From Candidatus Latescibacterota bacterium (GTDB lineage: Bacteria; Latescibacterota; UBA2968), in contig OZ241986.1 in assembly GCA_965204375.1 (NCBI GenBank), positions 5,536,001 to 5,600,000 of the forward strand: a stretch of 64,000 nt of DNA, in the 5' to 3' direction. Below the pieces are notes generated by a model. The model was not told where the DNA came from and did not search any database. It saw nothing but the letters and a program-made list of their open reading frames with translations. The translations under genes were made by a program, and so were the position numbers. Positions 48,103-57,075 of this stretch are shown piece by piece. Numbering within the stretch: position 1 is the first letter of the stretch; the number at the start of each line of letters is the position of its first letter.

Positions 48103-48190
48103 AGTATCTGACGCAACTGGCGAATATCCGGAAATAACCGGAGGGGAGCGTTAGAAACAAATATTCAAGGGGTCGATCGCCTGGGCTCAA
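48103..48190 (+). ncRNA. ZMP/ZTP (pfl) riboswitch
   Basis: CGCAACTGGCGAA...GGGGAGCG...GTCGATCGCCTGGGC consensus blocks upstream of a purH-type gene. Confidence 0.88.
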
Positions 48191-48217
48191 TCCGTTAGAG
48201 GATTGGGCTTTTTTTAT
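48185..48217 (+). terminator. Riboswitch terminator overlapping aptamer P3
   Basis: GCTCAATCC-GTTAGA-GGATTGGGC followed by a T run. Confidence 0.85.
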
Positions 48218-48238
48218 TATTTCCCAAAGGATTGTCTT

Positions 48239-49414
48239 ATGTCTCAAGATGGACTGATTCTTCGTTATGGTTGCAATCCGCATCAATCCGATGCGCGTGC
48301 GTACTCTCCCAGCGGCAAACTACCCTTCGCGGTGCTCAATGGCACGCCGGGTTATATCAATCTGCTCGATGCGCTCAATTCCTGGCAACTCGTGCGCGAG
48401 CTTAAAGAGGTGCTCAATCTGCCAGCAGCTGCCTCTTTTAAGCACTTAAGCCCTGCTGGTGCGGCTGTTGCCGTTCCCATGTCTGGCGCTTTGCAAAGGG
48501 CGTATTTTGTCGATGATCTCGATCTTTCGCCTGTGGCTACGGCTTATGCCCGCGCGCGGGGTGCGGATAGGCTCTCTTCATTTGGCGATTGGGTGGCTTT
48601 AAGCGATGAGGTGGATCAATCGACTGCGCGCTTGCTCAGCCGCGAAGTGTCCGATGGCATTATTGCTCCGGGGTATCAACCAGAGGCGTTCGATGTTCTC
48701 AAGAAGAAAAAAGGCGGCAGTTATCCCATTCTCGAGATGGATGAATCGTACGCGCCTGCTGGTCCGGAAACCCGCGATGTTTTCGGTGTTGTTCTGGAAC
48801 AGACGCGCAATACCAAAGCCATTAATACAGACATTTTTACGAATATTGTGACTGAGAATAGAGAGGTTTCTCCCGAAGCAGAGCGCGATATGCTCGTGGC
48901 GACTATTGCTCTGAAGTACACGCAATCCAATTCGATGTGTTTTGCCTTTGATGGACAGGTGATCGGAAATGGCGCTGGGCAGCAAAATCGTCTGGCGTGT
49001 ACGGATATTGCTGCGGGTAAGGCCGAGGCGTGGTACCTGCGCCAGCACCCGGATATTCTCAATTTCAAATTTAGAAGAGGTCTAAAACGCCCTGAAAAAA
49101 TCAATGCTATTGAAGCTTTTTTGCGCGGCAATATGACCGATGAGGAACGTCGAATATGGGAGGGTTGTTTCGATACTGTGCCTTCTCCTCTGGGCGATGA
49201 TGCGCGGCGAGATTGGATTGGACAGATGGACGAGATTGTGCTCAGTTCCGATGCGTTTATTCCCTTTCGAGATAATATTGATCGCGCCGCTCGCACGGGT
49301 GTCAAATACGTGGTTGAGACCGGGGGTTCGGTGCGCGACGACGATGTTATCGCAGCCTGTGATGAATACGGTATGCTTCTGGTTGTGACCGGGGTGCGTT
49401 TGTTCCACCATTAA
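48239..49414 (+). CDS. purH: AICAR formyltransferase (stand-alone PurH transformylase domain)
   Basis: 'LRYGCNPHQ', 'GYIN.LDA', 'SFKH.SP.G', 'KYTQSNS', 'GAGQQ.R', 'SDAF.PF', 'RLFHH'; no cyclohydrolase domain. Confidence 0.92.
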   Translation: MSQDGLILRYGCNPHQSDARAYSPSGKLPFAVLNGTPGYINLLDALNSWQLVRELKEVLNLPAAASFKHLSPAGAAVAVPMSGALQRAYFVDDLDLSPVATAYARARGADRLSSFGDWVALSDEVDQSTARLLSREVSDGIIAPGYQPEAFDVLKKKKGGSYPILEMDESYAPAGPETRDVFGVVLEQTRNTKAINTDIFTNIVTENREVSPEAERDMLVATIALKYTQSNSMCFAFDGQVIGNGAGQQNRLACTDIAAGKAEAWYLRQHPDILNFKFRRGLKRPEKINAIEAFLRGNMTDEERRIWEGCFDTVPSPLGDDARRDWIGQMDEIVLSSDAFIPFRDNIDRAARTGVKYVVETGGSVRDDDVIAACDEYGMLLVVTGVRLFHH

Positions 49415-49429
49415 GCCCACTGATTACCA

Positions 49430-49518
49430 AACCTTAACGTAACGTCAAAGTTTTTTGTTGACATTGATGTTGTGTTGAGGTATATTTTTTCGTCCAACTT
49501 TAACGTAACGTCAAAGTT
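49430..49518 (+). promoter_or_regulatory. Sigma-70 promoter flanked by two MerR-type palindromic operators
   Basis: AACCTTAACGTAACGTCAAAGTT (49430-49452) and AACTTTAACGTAACGTCAAAGTT (49496-49518) around TTGACA-17 bp-TATATT (49458-49486). Confidence 0.85.
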
Positions 49519-49553
49519 TGTCTGTTTCGCTTATAGAAACGAGGTGATTTGTT

Positions 49554-50060
49554 GTGTCAAAATGCGATGATGGTTTGATGCATATTGGGAAATTGGCGAA
49601 AGAAGCCGGTACGACCACTCGCACAGTGCGCTATTACGAAGAGATGGGTCTGATATATCCCGAATGTCGAAGTAGCGGCGGTTTTCGATGTTATTCCCAC
49701 GAGCAACTGACGCGGTTGCGCATGATTTTGAGTCTTAAAGAGATGGAATTTGATCTCGAACACATCAAGGTCATTATTGACAAGCGAGAGCAAAACAAAA
49801 CTGCAGGTGAACTCGCGCATGATATTCTCGAAGATCTCAATGAACGTCTTCGTGAAGTTGAAGAACAGATTGAACACTACAAGCATATACGCGAAACGCT
49901 GACCCAAACTATAGCCAGTATCTGCGCGTGTTTGCCCTGTGATCTCAGAGTTGAAGAGCGTCTCTGTCCAGCGTGTCAAACGTTCAACCAACCGACGTGT
50001 CAGTCCGTACCATTTTTTCACTCTACATCAACTACCGAGACACTGGAATTAAAGCTATGA
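49554..50060 (+). CDS. MerR family regulator with Cys-rich C-terminus
   Basis: 'IG.LA...G.T.RT.RYYE..GL', 'GFR.Y'; tail 'CACLPC-x8-CPAC-x7-C'. Confidence 0.92.
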   Translation: MSKCDDGLMHIGKLAKEAGTTTRTVRYYEEMGLIYPECRSSGGFRCYSHEQLTRLRMILSLKEMEFDLEHIKVIIDKREQNKTAGELAHDILEDLNERLREVEEQIEHYKHIRETLTQTIASICACLPCDLRVEERLCPACQTFNQPTCQSVPFFHSTSTTETLELKL

Positions 50061-50935
50061 AAAAAGAATTAAAAAAATCAGCAGAATCCTTAACTGGAAG
50101 CGATTCTCCTTCTCAGGCTCAACGCCAGCTTACAGATCTTTATTTGCGCGATATTCGCAAATATACCCCTCTTTCCCGCGAGGACGAAGTCAAAGCCATA
50201 AATGCCGCGCGCAAGGGCGATCAAAAGGCGCTGGATCACCTCATTACAGCCAATTTGCGCTTTGTTGTGCGCGTGGCTGGCGAATACACGGGGCGCGGGT
50301 TGCCCCTATCCGATCTCATTGCCGAGGGCAATATGGGGCTTATACGCGCTACTCAGACCTATGATCCTGAGCGCGGGTACAAATTTATCACTTATGCGGT
50401 TTGGTGGATTCGCCAGGCGATTCTCTCTGCTCTCAATCGTCAGACGCATCCGGTCGCGTTTCCGGTCAATCAAATAGATGATCGCGATATGCTCAATAAA
50501 GTGTTTGCCGCACTTTCACAAGAATACGGTCGCGTTCCCACGATTGACGAGTTGGCTTCAGAAGCCGATTTTTCAACCCGACGGGTGCATAAGGCGCTTC
50601 AAACGAGCCGTGCTTCTGTTTCGCTCGACGAGCCGGTATATGAAGATGGGGACCGTCAGTTTGCCGATGTTGTTCCCGATGATGCGCCCCAGCCAGATGA
50701 GGATGTGCATGCCAGCCGATTGCGCGATCTTTTGCACAAGGGTCTGGCCGATTTGCCCGAGCGCGAAGCCGAGATTATCAATCGCTATTTTGGCCTGGAT
50801 GTCGATAACGCGGAATCGCTGGAGCAAGTGGGTAAGCGTTTTCACATTAGCCGCGAGCGCGTGCGCCAGCTCAAAGACCGCGCGCTTGGGCGGTTGCGCG
50901 AGCATATGGACATAGAAGAAGAAGTTGTACTATAG
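50057..50935 (+). CDS. RpoD/RpoS-like sigma-70 factor lacking region 1.1
   Basis: 'YL.DI...L...E', 'ANLRFV', 'DLI.EGN.GL', 'KF.TYAVWWIRQ', 'SRERVRQ'. Confidence 0.92.
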   Translation: MKKELKKSAESLTGSDSPSQAQRQLTDLYLRDIRKYTPLSREDEVKAINAARKGDQKALDHLITANLRFVVRVAGEYTGRGLPLSDLIAEGNMGLIRATQTYDPERGYKFITYAVWWIRQAILSALNRQTHPVAFPVNQIDDRDMLNKVFAALSQEYGRVPTIDELASEADFSTRRVHKALQTSRASVSLDEPVYEDGDRQFADVVPDDAPQPDEDVHASRLRDLLHKGLADLPEREAEIINRYFGLDVDNAESLEQVGKRFHISRERVRQLKDRALGRLREHMDIEEEVVL

Positions 50936-50946
50936 AGGAGTAATAG

Positions 50947-51777
50947 ATGATTATTGATACGCATATCCATATTTACGATCCCACTCGTCCAGAGGGTGTG
51001 CCTTTTCCCGAGCCGGATGACGAGATTTATCGCCGCGTTATGCCCGAAGACTACAGAGCACTGGTCGCGTCTGAAGGTGTTACGGGGGCTATTATTGTCG
51101 AGGCGAGTACATGGGTTGAAGACAACCAATGGGTGCTCGATGTGATCGAGGATGATCCGTTTATCGTGGGGCTGGTTGGCAATCTCGATCCGCGCGCTGA
51201 GGATTTTGGCGATCATCTCAATCGCCTGTCTCCCAATCCGCTCTTTTTGGGTATTCGCCCGCGCACCCATCCCTGGGAGCGCGAAGATTTGGGCAAGATG
51301 GCGGGGGCTTTTGAAAAGCTCGTCGAACACGATCTCGAACTCGATTCTGGGATCAATGATGCGGTTATCGAAATCGCGCGTCGGTTGCCCGATCTCCGCA
51401 TTGTGATCAATCACTGCGGCAATGTTCCGGCAGATGGCAATCCCATTGCGCCCGAGCATTTGGAGCTTATGCAAAAAGCTGCGGAACAGCCGAATATTTT
51501 TTGTAAGGTGTCGGGTTTGATGGATTTGCGCTGCCAGGTTATTCCGGCGCCCACAGATCCCGATTTTTATGTCTATTTGCTCGACGCGCTCTGGCATCTT
51601 TTTGGTGAAGATCGCGTGATTTACGGCAGTGATTGGCCGGTTCTCGAACGCAGCAAGCGCACCCCTGCTGAGGCGCAACGCCTCGTGTATGATTATTTTT
51701 CTCAAAAGGGTGACGCGGTGCTGGAGAAGTATTTTTGGAAGAATGCAAAGGTCGCGTATAAATGGCCGGATAGATGA
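50947..51777 (+). CDS. Amidohydrolase_2 family protein (lactonase-like)
   Basis: 'IIDTHIH', 'VINH.G', 'K.SG', 'YGSDWP'. Confidence 0.88.
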   Translation: MIIDTHIHIYDPTRPEGVPFPEPDDEIYRRVMPEDYRALVASEGVTGAIIVEASTWVEDNQWVLDVIEDDPFIVGLVGNLDPRAEDFGDHLNRLSPNPLFLGIRPRTHPWEREDLGKMAGAFEKLVEHDLELDSGINDAVIEIARRLPDLRIVINHCGNVPADGNPIAPEHLELMQKAAEQPNIFCKVSGLMDLRCQVIPAPTDPDFYVYLLDALWHLFGEDRVIYGSDWPVLERSKRTPAEAQRLVYDYFSQKGDAVLEKYFWKNAKVAYKWPDR

Positions 51778-51787
51778 GGTACGAACT

Positions 51788-52594
51788 ATGCAAGTCATAC
51801 CTTCTGGCGGCGCACTGGGCGCGGAAATTCGGGGGCTTGATCTTTCGCAGGCACTCGACGATGATACCGTCCGGGCGATTCGCCAGGCATTGCTCGATTA
51901 CTGTGTGGTGTATTTTCGCGATCAGGATTTGAGTGAGGAAGATCAGATTCGCTTTACCAATTATTTTGGTCGCGCGGTAGAACACGTTCGCAAACAACTC
52001 GACCGAGAACACAAAGAGATTTTTATTGTTTCCAATATCGAGGAGAACGGCCAGCCAATCGGTGCTCTGGGCGATGGGGAGGTTAGCTTTCACTCCGATT
52101 TGTCGTATCTCAAGCGACCGGGCACGATTTCCGTTCTCTATGCGCTTGAGATTCCCAGTACTGGGGGCAATACCCAGTGGTGCAATTGTTATGCCGCGTA
52201 TGAAGCGTTAGATGAAGATATGAAAAAACGGCTCACAGGGTTGCGAGCCGTGCATCGCCATTATGTTGAGGAACAAAACCCACCCGAGCGCATTGACCAT
52301 CCGGTCGTGCGCACCCATCCAGAGACCGGGCGCAAGTCGCTTTATGCAGGTCCCCATCTGACCAAATATATTCTCGATATGCCTACCGATGAAAGCGACG
52401 CGCTTCTCAAGACACTTTTTGAGCACGCCGCCCGTCCCGAATTTTTGTGGACCCATATCTGGCAGATCGGCGATCTGGTGATGTGGGACAACCGCCCCAC
52501 AATGCATCGCCGCGAACCCTTTCCACCATCGGAACGCCGTATGATGAAACGCACGCAGGTTTTTAATGCGGATGATATTCCGTTTGAAGCGTGA
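51788..52594 (+). CDS. TauD/TfdA family dioxygenase
   Basis: 'GAEI.G.DL', 'FHSD', 'HPVVR.HPETG', 'WDNR..MH.R'. Confidence 0.92.
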   Translation: MQVIPSGGALGAEIRGLDLSQALDDDTVRAIRQALLDYCVVYFRDQDLSEEDQIRFTNYFGRAVEHVRKQLDREHKEIFIVSNIEENGQPIGALGDGEVSFHSDLSYLKRPGTISVLYALEIPSTGGNTQWCNCYAAYEALDEDMKKRLTGLRAVHRHYVEEQNPPERIDHPVVRTHPETGRKSLYAGPHLTKYILDMPTDESDALLKTLFEHAARPEFLWTHIWQIGDLVMWDNRPTMHRREPFPPSERRMMKRTQVFNADDIPFEA

Positions 52595-52716
52595 TCCACA
52601 GATGAACGCAGATGAACGCAGATGAAAAAGAGGGGCTGTGAAGCGTGAAGAAGGGACAAAAATCTTTCGTCCGATTCTCTCAATTCTTAATTCCTAATTC
52701 CTAATTCCTAATTCCC
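52594..52716. repeat. Intergenic decamer (CGCAGATGAA)x3 and heptamer (TAATTCC)x4 tandem repeats between convergent genes
   Basis: atccacagatgaacgcagatgaacgcagatgaa; taattcctaattcctaattcctaattcc. Confidence 0.8.
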
Positions 52717-53606
52717 TACACCCGATGCAGATGGGTTCCCTTACTCTCCCGCAGGTCTGTTATCCACCGCGTACACCATTCGTCAAAGCTGTTTTGTACA
52801 GATGCGGGATTTTCTTTGCTCTGGACGATAAATTCGGGCCAGAATGGTCGTCCCGTAGGTGTGCCCGTTTTTTGAAATCGCAGGTCCATGCTCCAGCGCA
52901 CCAGATTGGAGCGGTTTGGCTGGCCTCTGTGCGGGGTGTACGCACTCATCATGAGTACGTCGCCGCGTTTCATTATGCAGTTTACGGGTTCGATTTCCGG
53001 CATGTACATGGGTTTGATCATGGTGCCGCCTTCGCGCTGGTGTTCGAGCAGTCCCATGGGTACTACACCCGGCAGTACCTGTAGGCATCCGCGTTCTGGG
53101 GTGACATCTACCAGAGGGATCCAGCAGGTTATGATTTCCGAGATGTCCGCTTCTTCTTTTGTTACGCCTTGGTCCTGATGCCAGGGTACCTGTCCTGGTT
53201 GTTTGTCGCGCGCGGGCAAGTAGGGGCGGAAATGCTGAATTGGACTCAGGGTTATTTCTGGTCCAATGAGGCATTCGACTGCGGATAATAATTGTTCGTT
53301 GAAGAAGATGTCGAACATTGGTTTCACACGCGCGCGCATGATGTCGAATCCACCCGCAAAACTGCGCAGTGCGTCATATCCCTCATCGTCTAATTCCCGT
53401 GCAATCGCGGCTAAGCGATGGCTAAAGGATTTGTCTGCATGTACGGATGAGATCGACCCTTCTTCCAATAGTTCTTGCGCTTTTTGATTGATTAGTACGT
53501 CATAAGCGTGTTCAATCGGTTCAAAGGCCGCGTCATCTAATACATTTTCCGCAATCGTGAATCCCCGATCGCGATACTGATTAATTTGATTTTGTGTCAG
53601 TGACAT
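52716..53606 (-). CDS. Phytanoyl-CoA dioxygenase family protein
   Basis: 'LT..QI..Y...GF', 'PWHQD', 'WIPL', 'GCL.V.PG', 'H...N.S..VRWS.DLR'; SD AGGAG. Confidence 0.88.
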   Translation of the reverse strand: MSLTQNQINQYRDRGFTIAENVLDDAAFEPIEHAYDVLINQKAQELLEEGSISSVHADKSFSHRLAAIARELDDEGYDALRSFAGGFDIMRARVKPMFDIFFNEQLLSAVECLIGPEITLSPIQHFRPYLPARDKQPGQVPWHQDQGVTKEEADISEIITCWIPLVDVTPERGCLQVLPGVVPMGLLEHQREGGTMIKPMYMPEIEPVNCIMKRGDVLMMSAYTPHRGQPNRSNLVRWSMDLRFQKTGTPTGRPFWPEFIVQSKENPASVQNSFDEWCTRWITDLRESKGTHLHRV

Positions 53607-53656
53607 GGTGTGTTTTCTCCTGAGGAAAATGGCGGGTTGACGCATCGTTATTTTAG

Positions 53657-54370
53657 CTATCGCAATACGATTTCGACCCGCGCTACGCCTTTTACATTTG
53701 CACAGCGGTCGTCGTGTCCAGGTATGATCAGTCGCAGGGGTCCGCCATAGCTGGCGGGCAGGGGTTGTCCTTCCAGTCCGTAGATTAATAATCCCTGTTC
53801 TCGGACGAGGGCGAGATCGACGGTGGCGGAAAAACGGTCGGCGTCTGCGTAAAAGATTGCGTCTGCATTGGGTGTGTGGTCCAATACTTCGCGTACCCAA
53901 ACGCCCTGTCCCTGACGGTCGGGGACGAGTGTGCTTATATCGGCGATCTGATCTGGTAGTGTGGCGAAATTTTCAAAGTCGAGGGTTCGAGAGGTATTCG
54001 GTGTCTCTATTGTTAATATGGGTGTGTTCCGCGTACTTTTCAGTGCTGCTGCCATGCGGTCCTGGATCATGTCGAATAAGCGGGGGTCACCGCCCAATGG
54101 ATTGGTGAGGAGGATGCGTGTTTGTGGGTTTTCATTTTGGAGAGATGCGATGCGTTGTAACAGGTTTTCGCGTATTGCATCGGGCAGGGCGATTAGTGCG
54201 GGGAATATGAGGATTTGGTCGATGCCTTCACTGGTACGCACGCTTTCTTCCCATTTATCAAATGATGTGGCTACTACCTGATCGGCGATTTTGGCGTCGG
54301 TTGCCGCGTTGATAAATTGGCGAGATATCTGCGTTTCGCTTTCCACACATATTAAGAGTAATATTTTCAC
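53657..54370 (-). CDS. Fusion of a degenerate CbiX/SirB-like domain and a molybdopterin-oxidoreductase-like domain
   Basis: N-half '..P...LGGDPRL....DR' CbiX-like but without the His residues; C-half 'G.PLP..YGGPLRL.IPG...NVK.V..IE'. Confidence 0.6.
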   Translation of the reverse strand: MKILLLICVESETQISRQFINAATDAKIADQVVATSFDKWEESVRTSEGIDQILIFPALIALPDAIRENLLQRIASLQNENPQTRILLTNPLGGDPRLFDMIQDRMAAALKSTRNTPILTIETPNTSRTLDFENFATLPDQIADISTLVPDRQGQGVWVREVLDHTPNADAIFYADADRFSATVDLALVREQGLLIYGLEGQPLPASYGGPLRLIIPGHDDRCANVKGVARVEIVLR

Positions 54371-54428
54371 GATATTCGCGTCCTATTCAGACGACGCTCG
54401 GCAAAAGTGATAATAACTGGTTACCATC

Positions 54429-54566
54429 ATGCATCCGATTATTCCATTTGAAAACCTGCCTTTAGGCGTCCAGATTTTTTTTGTTCTCACGTCCGCTTTC
54501 ATCTTAGGCGGTATTGGATATATCTTGTGGCAGATGATCCGCGCAATTCGCGATAAAAGAGAATGA
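54429..54566 (+). CDS. Small single-TM protein (45 aa), not in the ORF track
   Basis: MHPIIPFENLPLGVQIFFVLTSAFILGGIGYILWQMIRAIRDKRE: one TM helix plus a basic tail. Confidence 0.55.
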   Translation: MHPIIPFENLPLGVQIFFVLTSAFILGGIGYILWQMIRAIRDKRE

Positions 54567-54591
54567 TGGTCGCTCTACCTCTTACTTGCTT

Positions 54592-55431
54592 TCAAACAGC
54601 CATTTCCGCGCGGATGGTGTCGTGGTGCTGATAGTTGATGAGTTCAAAGTCGTCCATTTCAAAATGGTCGATTTCGGTTTGTCCGCGGTCTTTTATCCGC
54701 AATTTGGGCAGGGGATATGGTTTGCGAGATAGTTGTTCTTTTACTGCGTCGAGGTGGTTTAAGTAGATGTGCGCGTCGCCGAGGATATGGATAAATTCGC
54801 AGGGTACGAGGCTCGTAATTTTTGCGACCATGTGCAATAACACGGAATAGGATGCGATGTTGAGCGGTACGCCTAAAAACATGTCGCACGACCGCTGGTA
54901 CATTTGTAGGGATAATTTGCCTTCTGCGACGTAAAATTGGTAGAAGTTGTGACACGGGGGCAGGGCCACGTCCCGAGTGCCTATTTCTGCTGCGTTCCAG
55001 GCATCGACCATGATGCGTCGGGATTCGGGGTTTTCTCGGATTAAATTAATCGCATTTTGAAGCTGATCGACCACTTTGCCGTTGGCGCCTTTCCATCGCC
55101 GCCACTGTACACCGTAAATGCGCCCCATGCTGCCGTCGTTTTTGTCTATTCCCAGGCGGTTCAAATAGTCCTCGTAATTGCCATCCCACAGTCGGTTGCT
55201 TTTCAAATAGGTTTTTAAGTCGTAGATGTTGTCGGATCCGGATATAAACCACAGGAGTTCCGATAGGATTGATTTCCACACCAGTCGCTTGGTGGTTACT
55301 GCGGGAAATCCATCTGCCATTGCATAGCGCGCATGCAGACCAAAACACGAGATTGTGCCCACGCCCGTGCGGTCCCCCTTTTTGATGCCGTGGTTGAGGA
55401 CATATTGCAGTTGATTGAGATATGTGTGCAT
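54592..55431 (-). CDS. thyA: Thymidylate synthase
   Basis: 'DRTGVGT', 'ELLWFI', 'YGVQWR', 'ALPPCH', 'QRSCDMFLG.P.N', 'GDAHIY'. Confidence 0.97.
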   Translation of the reverse strand: MHTYLNQLQYVLNHGIKKGDRTGVGTISCFGLHARYAMADGFPAVTTKRLVWKSILSELLWFISGSDNIYDLKTYLKSNRLWDGNYEDYLNRLGIDKNDGSMGRIYGVQWRRWKGANGKVVDQLQNAINLIRENPESRRIMVDAWNAAEIGTRDVALPPCHNFYQFYVAEGKLSLQMYQRSCDMFLGVPLNIASYSVLLHMVAKITSLVPCEFIHILGDAHIYLNHLDAVKEQLSRKPYPLPKLRIKDRGQTEIDHFEMDDFELINYQHHDTIRAEMAV

Positions 55432-55478
55432 GATGACCCCCAGTGCTAAGAATATAATAATAAAGAGGTTTTGCCTAA

Positions 55479-56249
55479 TTATCCATTGACCGTTTTGCCA
55501 AAAGATTCCACGAAGATGAGGAAGTCGGAAATGTCAATGGTTCCATTGTTGTCGAGGTCAAATTTTGGATCGAAGTTCTCCTGTCCGCTCTGGGTTCCAA
55601 ACACTTGAACAAAAAGCAAAAAGTCTGTGATCCCGACCTGTCCATCGCCATCAAAGTCGGTAGTTAGCATACTCGGCGTTCCCGTATCTGTCGTTTTCGA
55701 AAAAGTGATCACGATCTTAATGGGATCATCTGGTGGAACGTGCTGAGAAAGTGCGCCCATTGCCAGGCCTCTTACAGATTCGGGTAATGAAGCCAATAAT
55801 TCTTCTAAAAGAAGTGGGCGTATGATATGCAGTGAATCCACCGTCGCTGTGTACGTATAATTGAGTGGGTCTTCATTTTCCCGCATTATGGTGAGTGCAT
55901 GGGTATCGGACGCAATCGTGTAATTACCTGTGTATTGGCTCGTATCGAGGACAGTGACCGTAAGCGGAACCAATAATACCGCAGAGATATTGGTCGCTGT
56001 TCTGTAGTCCGCTTGGACCTTGCCATCGGCACTAAAAGCTATTGTGCCGTTGATCCCGCCTTCAACTGTAAGAGGCGATACAAACTGCACGAGCCCGGCG
56101 GGGACATAAGCGTTTAGCGCAATCTTCTCAGCTACCCAGGAACCGACGATATCGCCGCCTTGAGGCGTGGGGGTTTCTGGCAGTAATCCCGCGTCTGCCT
56201 GTCCAAATGTTATGACTGTCATCACAAGTAGAACACAGTTTCTCAGCAT
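55479..56249 (-). CDS. Secreted protein with C-terminal dockerin/EF-hand-like tail
   Basis: Signal peptide (ADA); lipocalin-like 'IVGSW'; tail 'DFDGDGQVGITDFLLF..FG...FDLDNNGTIDISDFLIF..FG'. Confidence 0.8.
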   Translation of the reverse strand: MLRNCVLLVMTVITFGQADAGLLPETPTPQGGDIVGSWVAEKIALNAYVPAGLVQFVSPLTVEGGINGTIAFSADGKVQADYRTATNISAVLLVPLTVTVLDTSQYTGNYTIASDTHALTIMRENEDPLNYTYTATVDSLHIIRPLLLEELLASLPESVRGLAMGALSQHVPPDDPIKIVITFSKTTDTGTPSMLTTDFDGDGQVGITDFLLFVQVFGTQSGQENFDPKFDLDNNGTIDISDFLIFVESFGKTVNG

Positions 56250-56250
56250 C

Positions 56251-56877
56251 TTAAACCGCTCCAGGCCTGGGATTGATTCCATACAGCTTGAAATATTTTT
56301 CTATTTCTTGCCCCAAACGACGTTTGGCATAATCATCTATTCTTCCTATGAATCCTGAAAGAACGACTGCAAAATCGTGCTTGCCGTTTTGCACTCTATA
56401 TGAAGTGTGTTTCTGTCGTGTTGTCTCAGGTGGATATAATTCAAGTAATTTGCGACTTACGTCTGCGCCATTACAGATAATAATCTTCGGTTTGTACGTT
56501 TCAATCTGTTGTTCCAAATACCCGCTACAGTTGGCGATGATTTCCTTCCTACCACCTCTTTGCATTTTTTTGGGTGGAAATTCGTTGGCGTAACACTTTA
56601 CCAGATCTGTATGTGCGGCGCCATTGGGGTGGCCCAAAATTTTATGGAGGCCTGGAGATACTTTCTTGAAATCATCAAAATATTCGTGAACGTTATTGCT
56701 TTGAAAATATTCTCTCAATTGGAGGATATCCTTCTTGTCATTATGCCCTTCAGTGCCCTTGGGGTTGAGACCTATTATCCAAACAGGTGCTTCACTTGCA
56801 CCATCAACTGCTTCTATGGGAGAATATTGTCGCTCAAAAAAGAGGCCGTGTTTTTTACACTTCAAGCATCTTTCCAT
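56251..56877 (-). CDS. Uracil-DNA glycosylase-superfamily protein (divergent)
   Basis: Motif A-like 'VWIIGLNP', 'TDLVKC', 'C..YL..QI...KPKIIICNG'; AT-rich. Confidence 0.7.
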   Translation of the reverse strand: MERCLKCKKHGLFFERQYSPIEAVDGASEAPVWIIGLNPKGTEGHNDKKDILQLREYFQSNNVHEYFDDFKKVSPGLHKILGHPNGAAHTDLVKCYANEFPPKKMQRGGRKEIIANCSGYLEQQIETYKPKIIICNGADVSRKLLELYPPETTRQKHTSYRVQNGKHDFAVVLSGFIGRIDDYAKRRLGQEIEKYFKLYGINPRPGAV

Positions 56878-56931
56878 TGATATTGGTCCTTTGCGAAAAA
56901 AATATATAGGCCACATTTACCCAAAATGACA

Positions 56932-57031
56932 ATGCCTACACTTCTTGTAGAGATTTGGCGGCAAAGATCGTTAGGCGCAATTCTTCGTCGAACAATTCAT
57001 AAACAGGCGTTTGCTCGCTGAGGGTCTCGCT
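56932..57031 (-). repeat. 100-bp direct-repeat copy of the 3' end of the AlbA/ATPase gene (58663-58762)
   Basis: 96 of 100 positions identical by manual alignment, including the stop codon. Confidence 0.95.
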
Positions 57032-57075
57032 GAGGTAACAGCGTACGATCACTTACTGGGCGTACGATCAGCCAC

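Noticed and set aside
49430-49518. Two 23-bp repeats with a 43-bp spacer as a mini CRISPR array
   Set aside because: There are only two units and no cas genes. The spacer is a consensus promoter and the repeats fit MerR operators.
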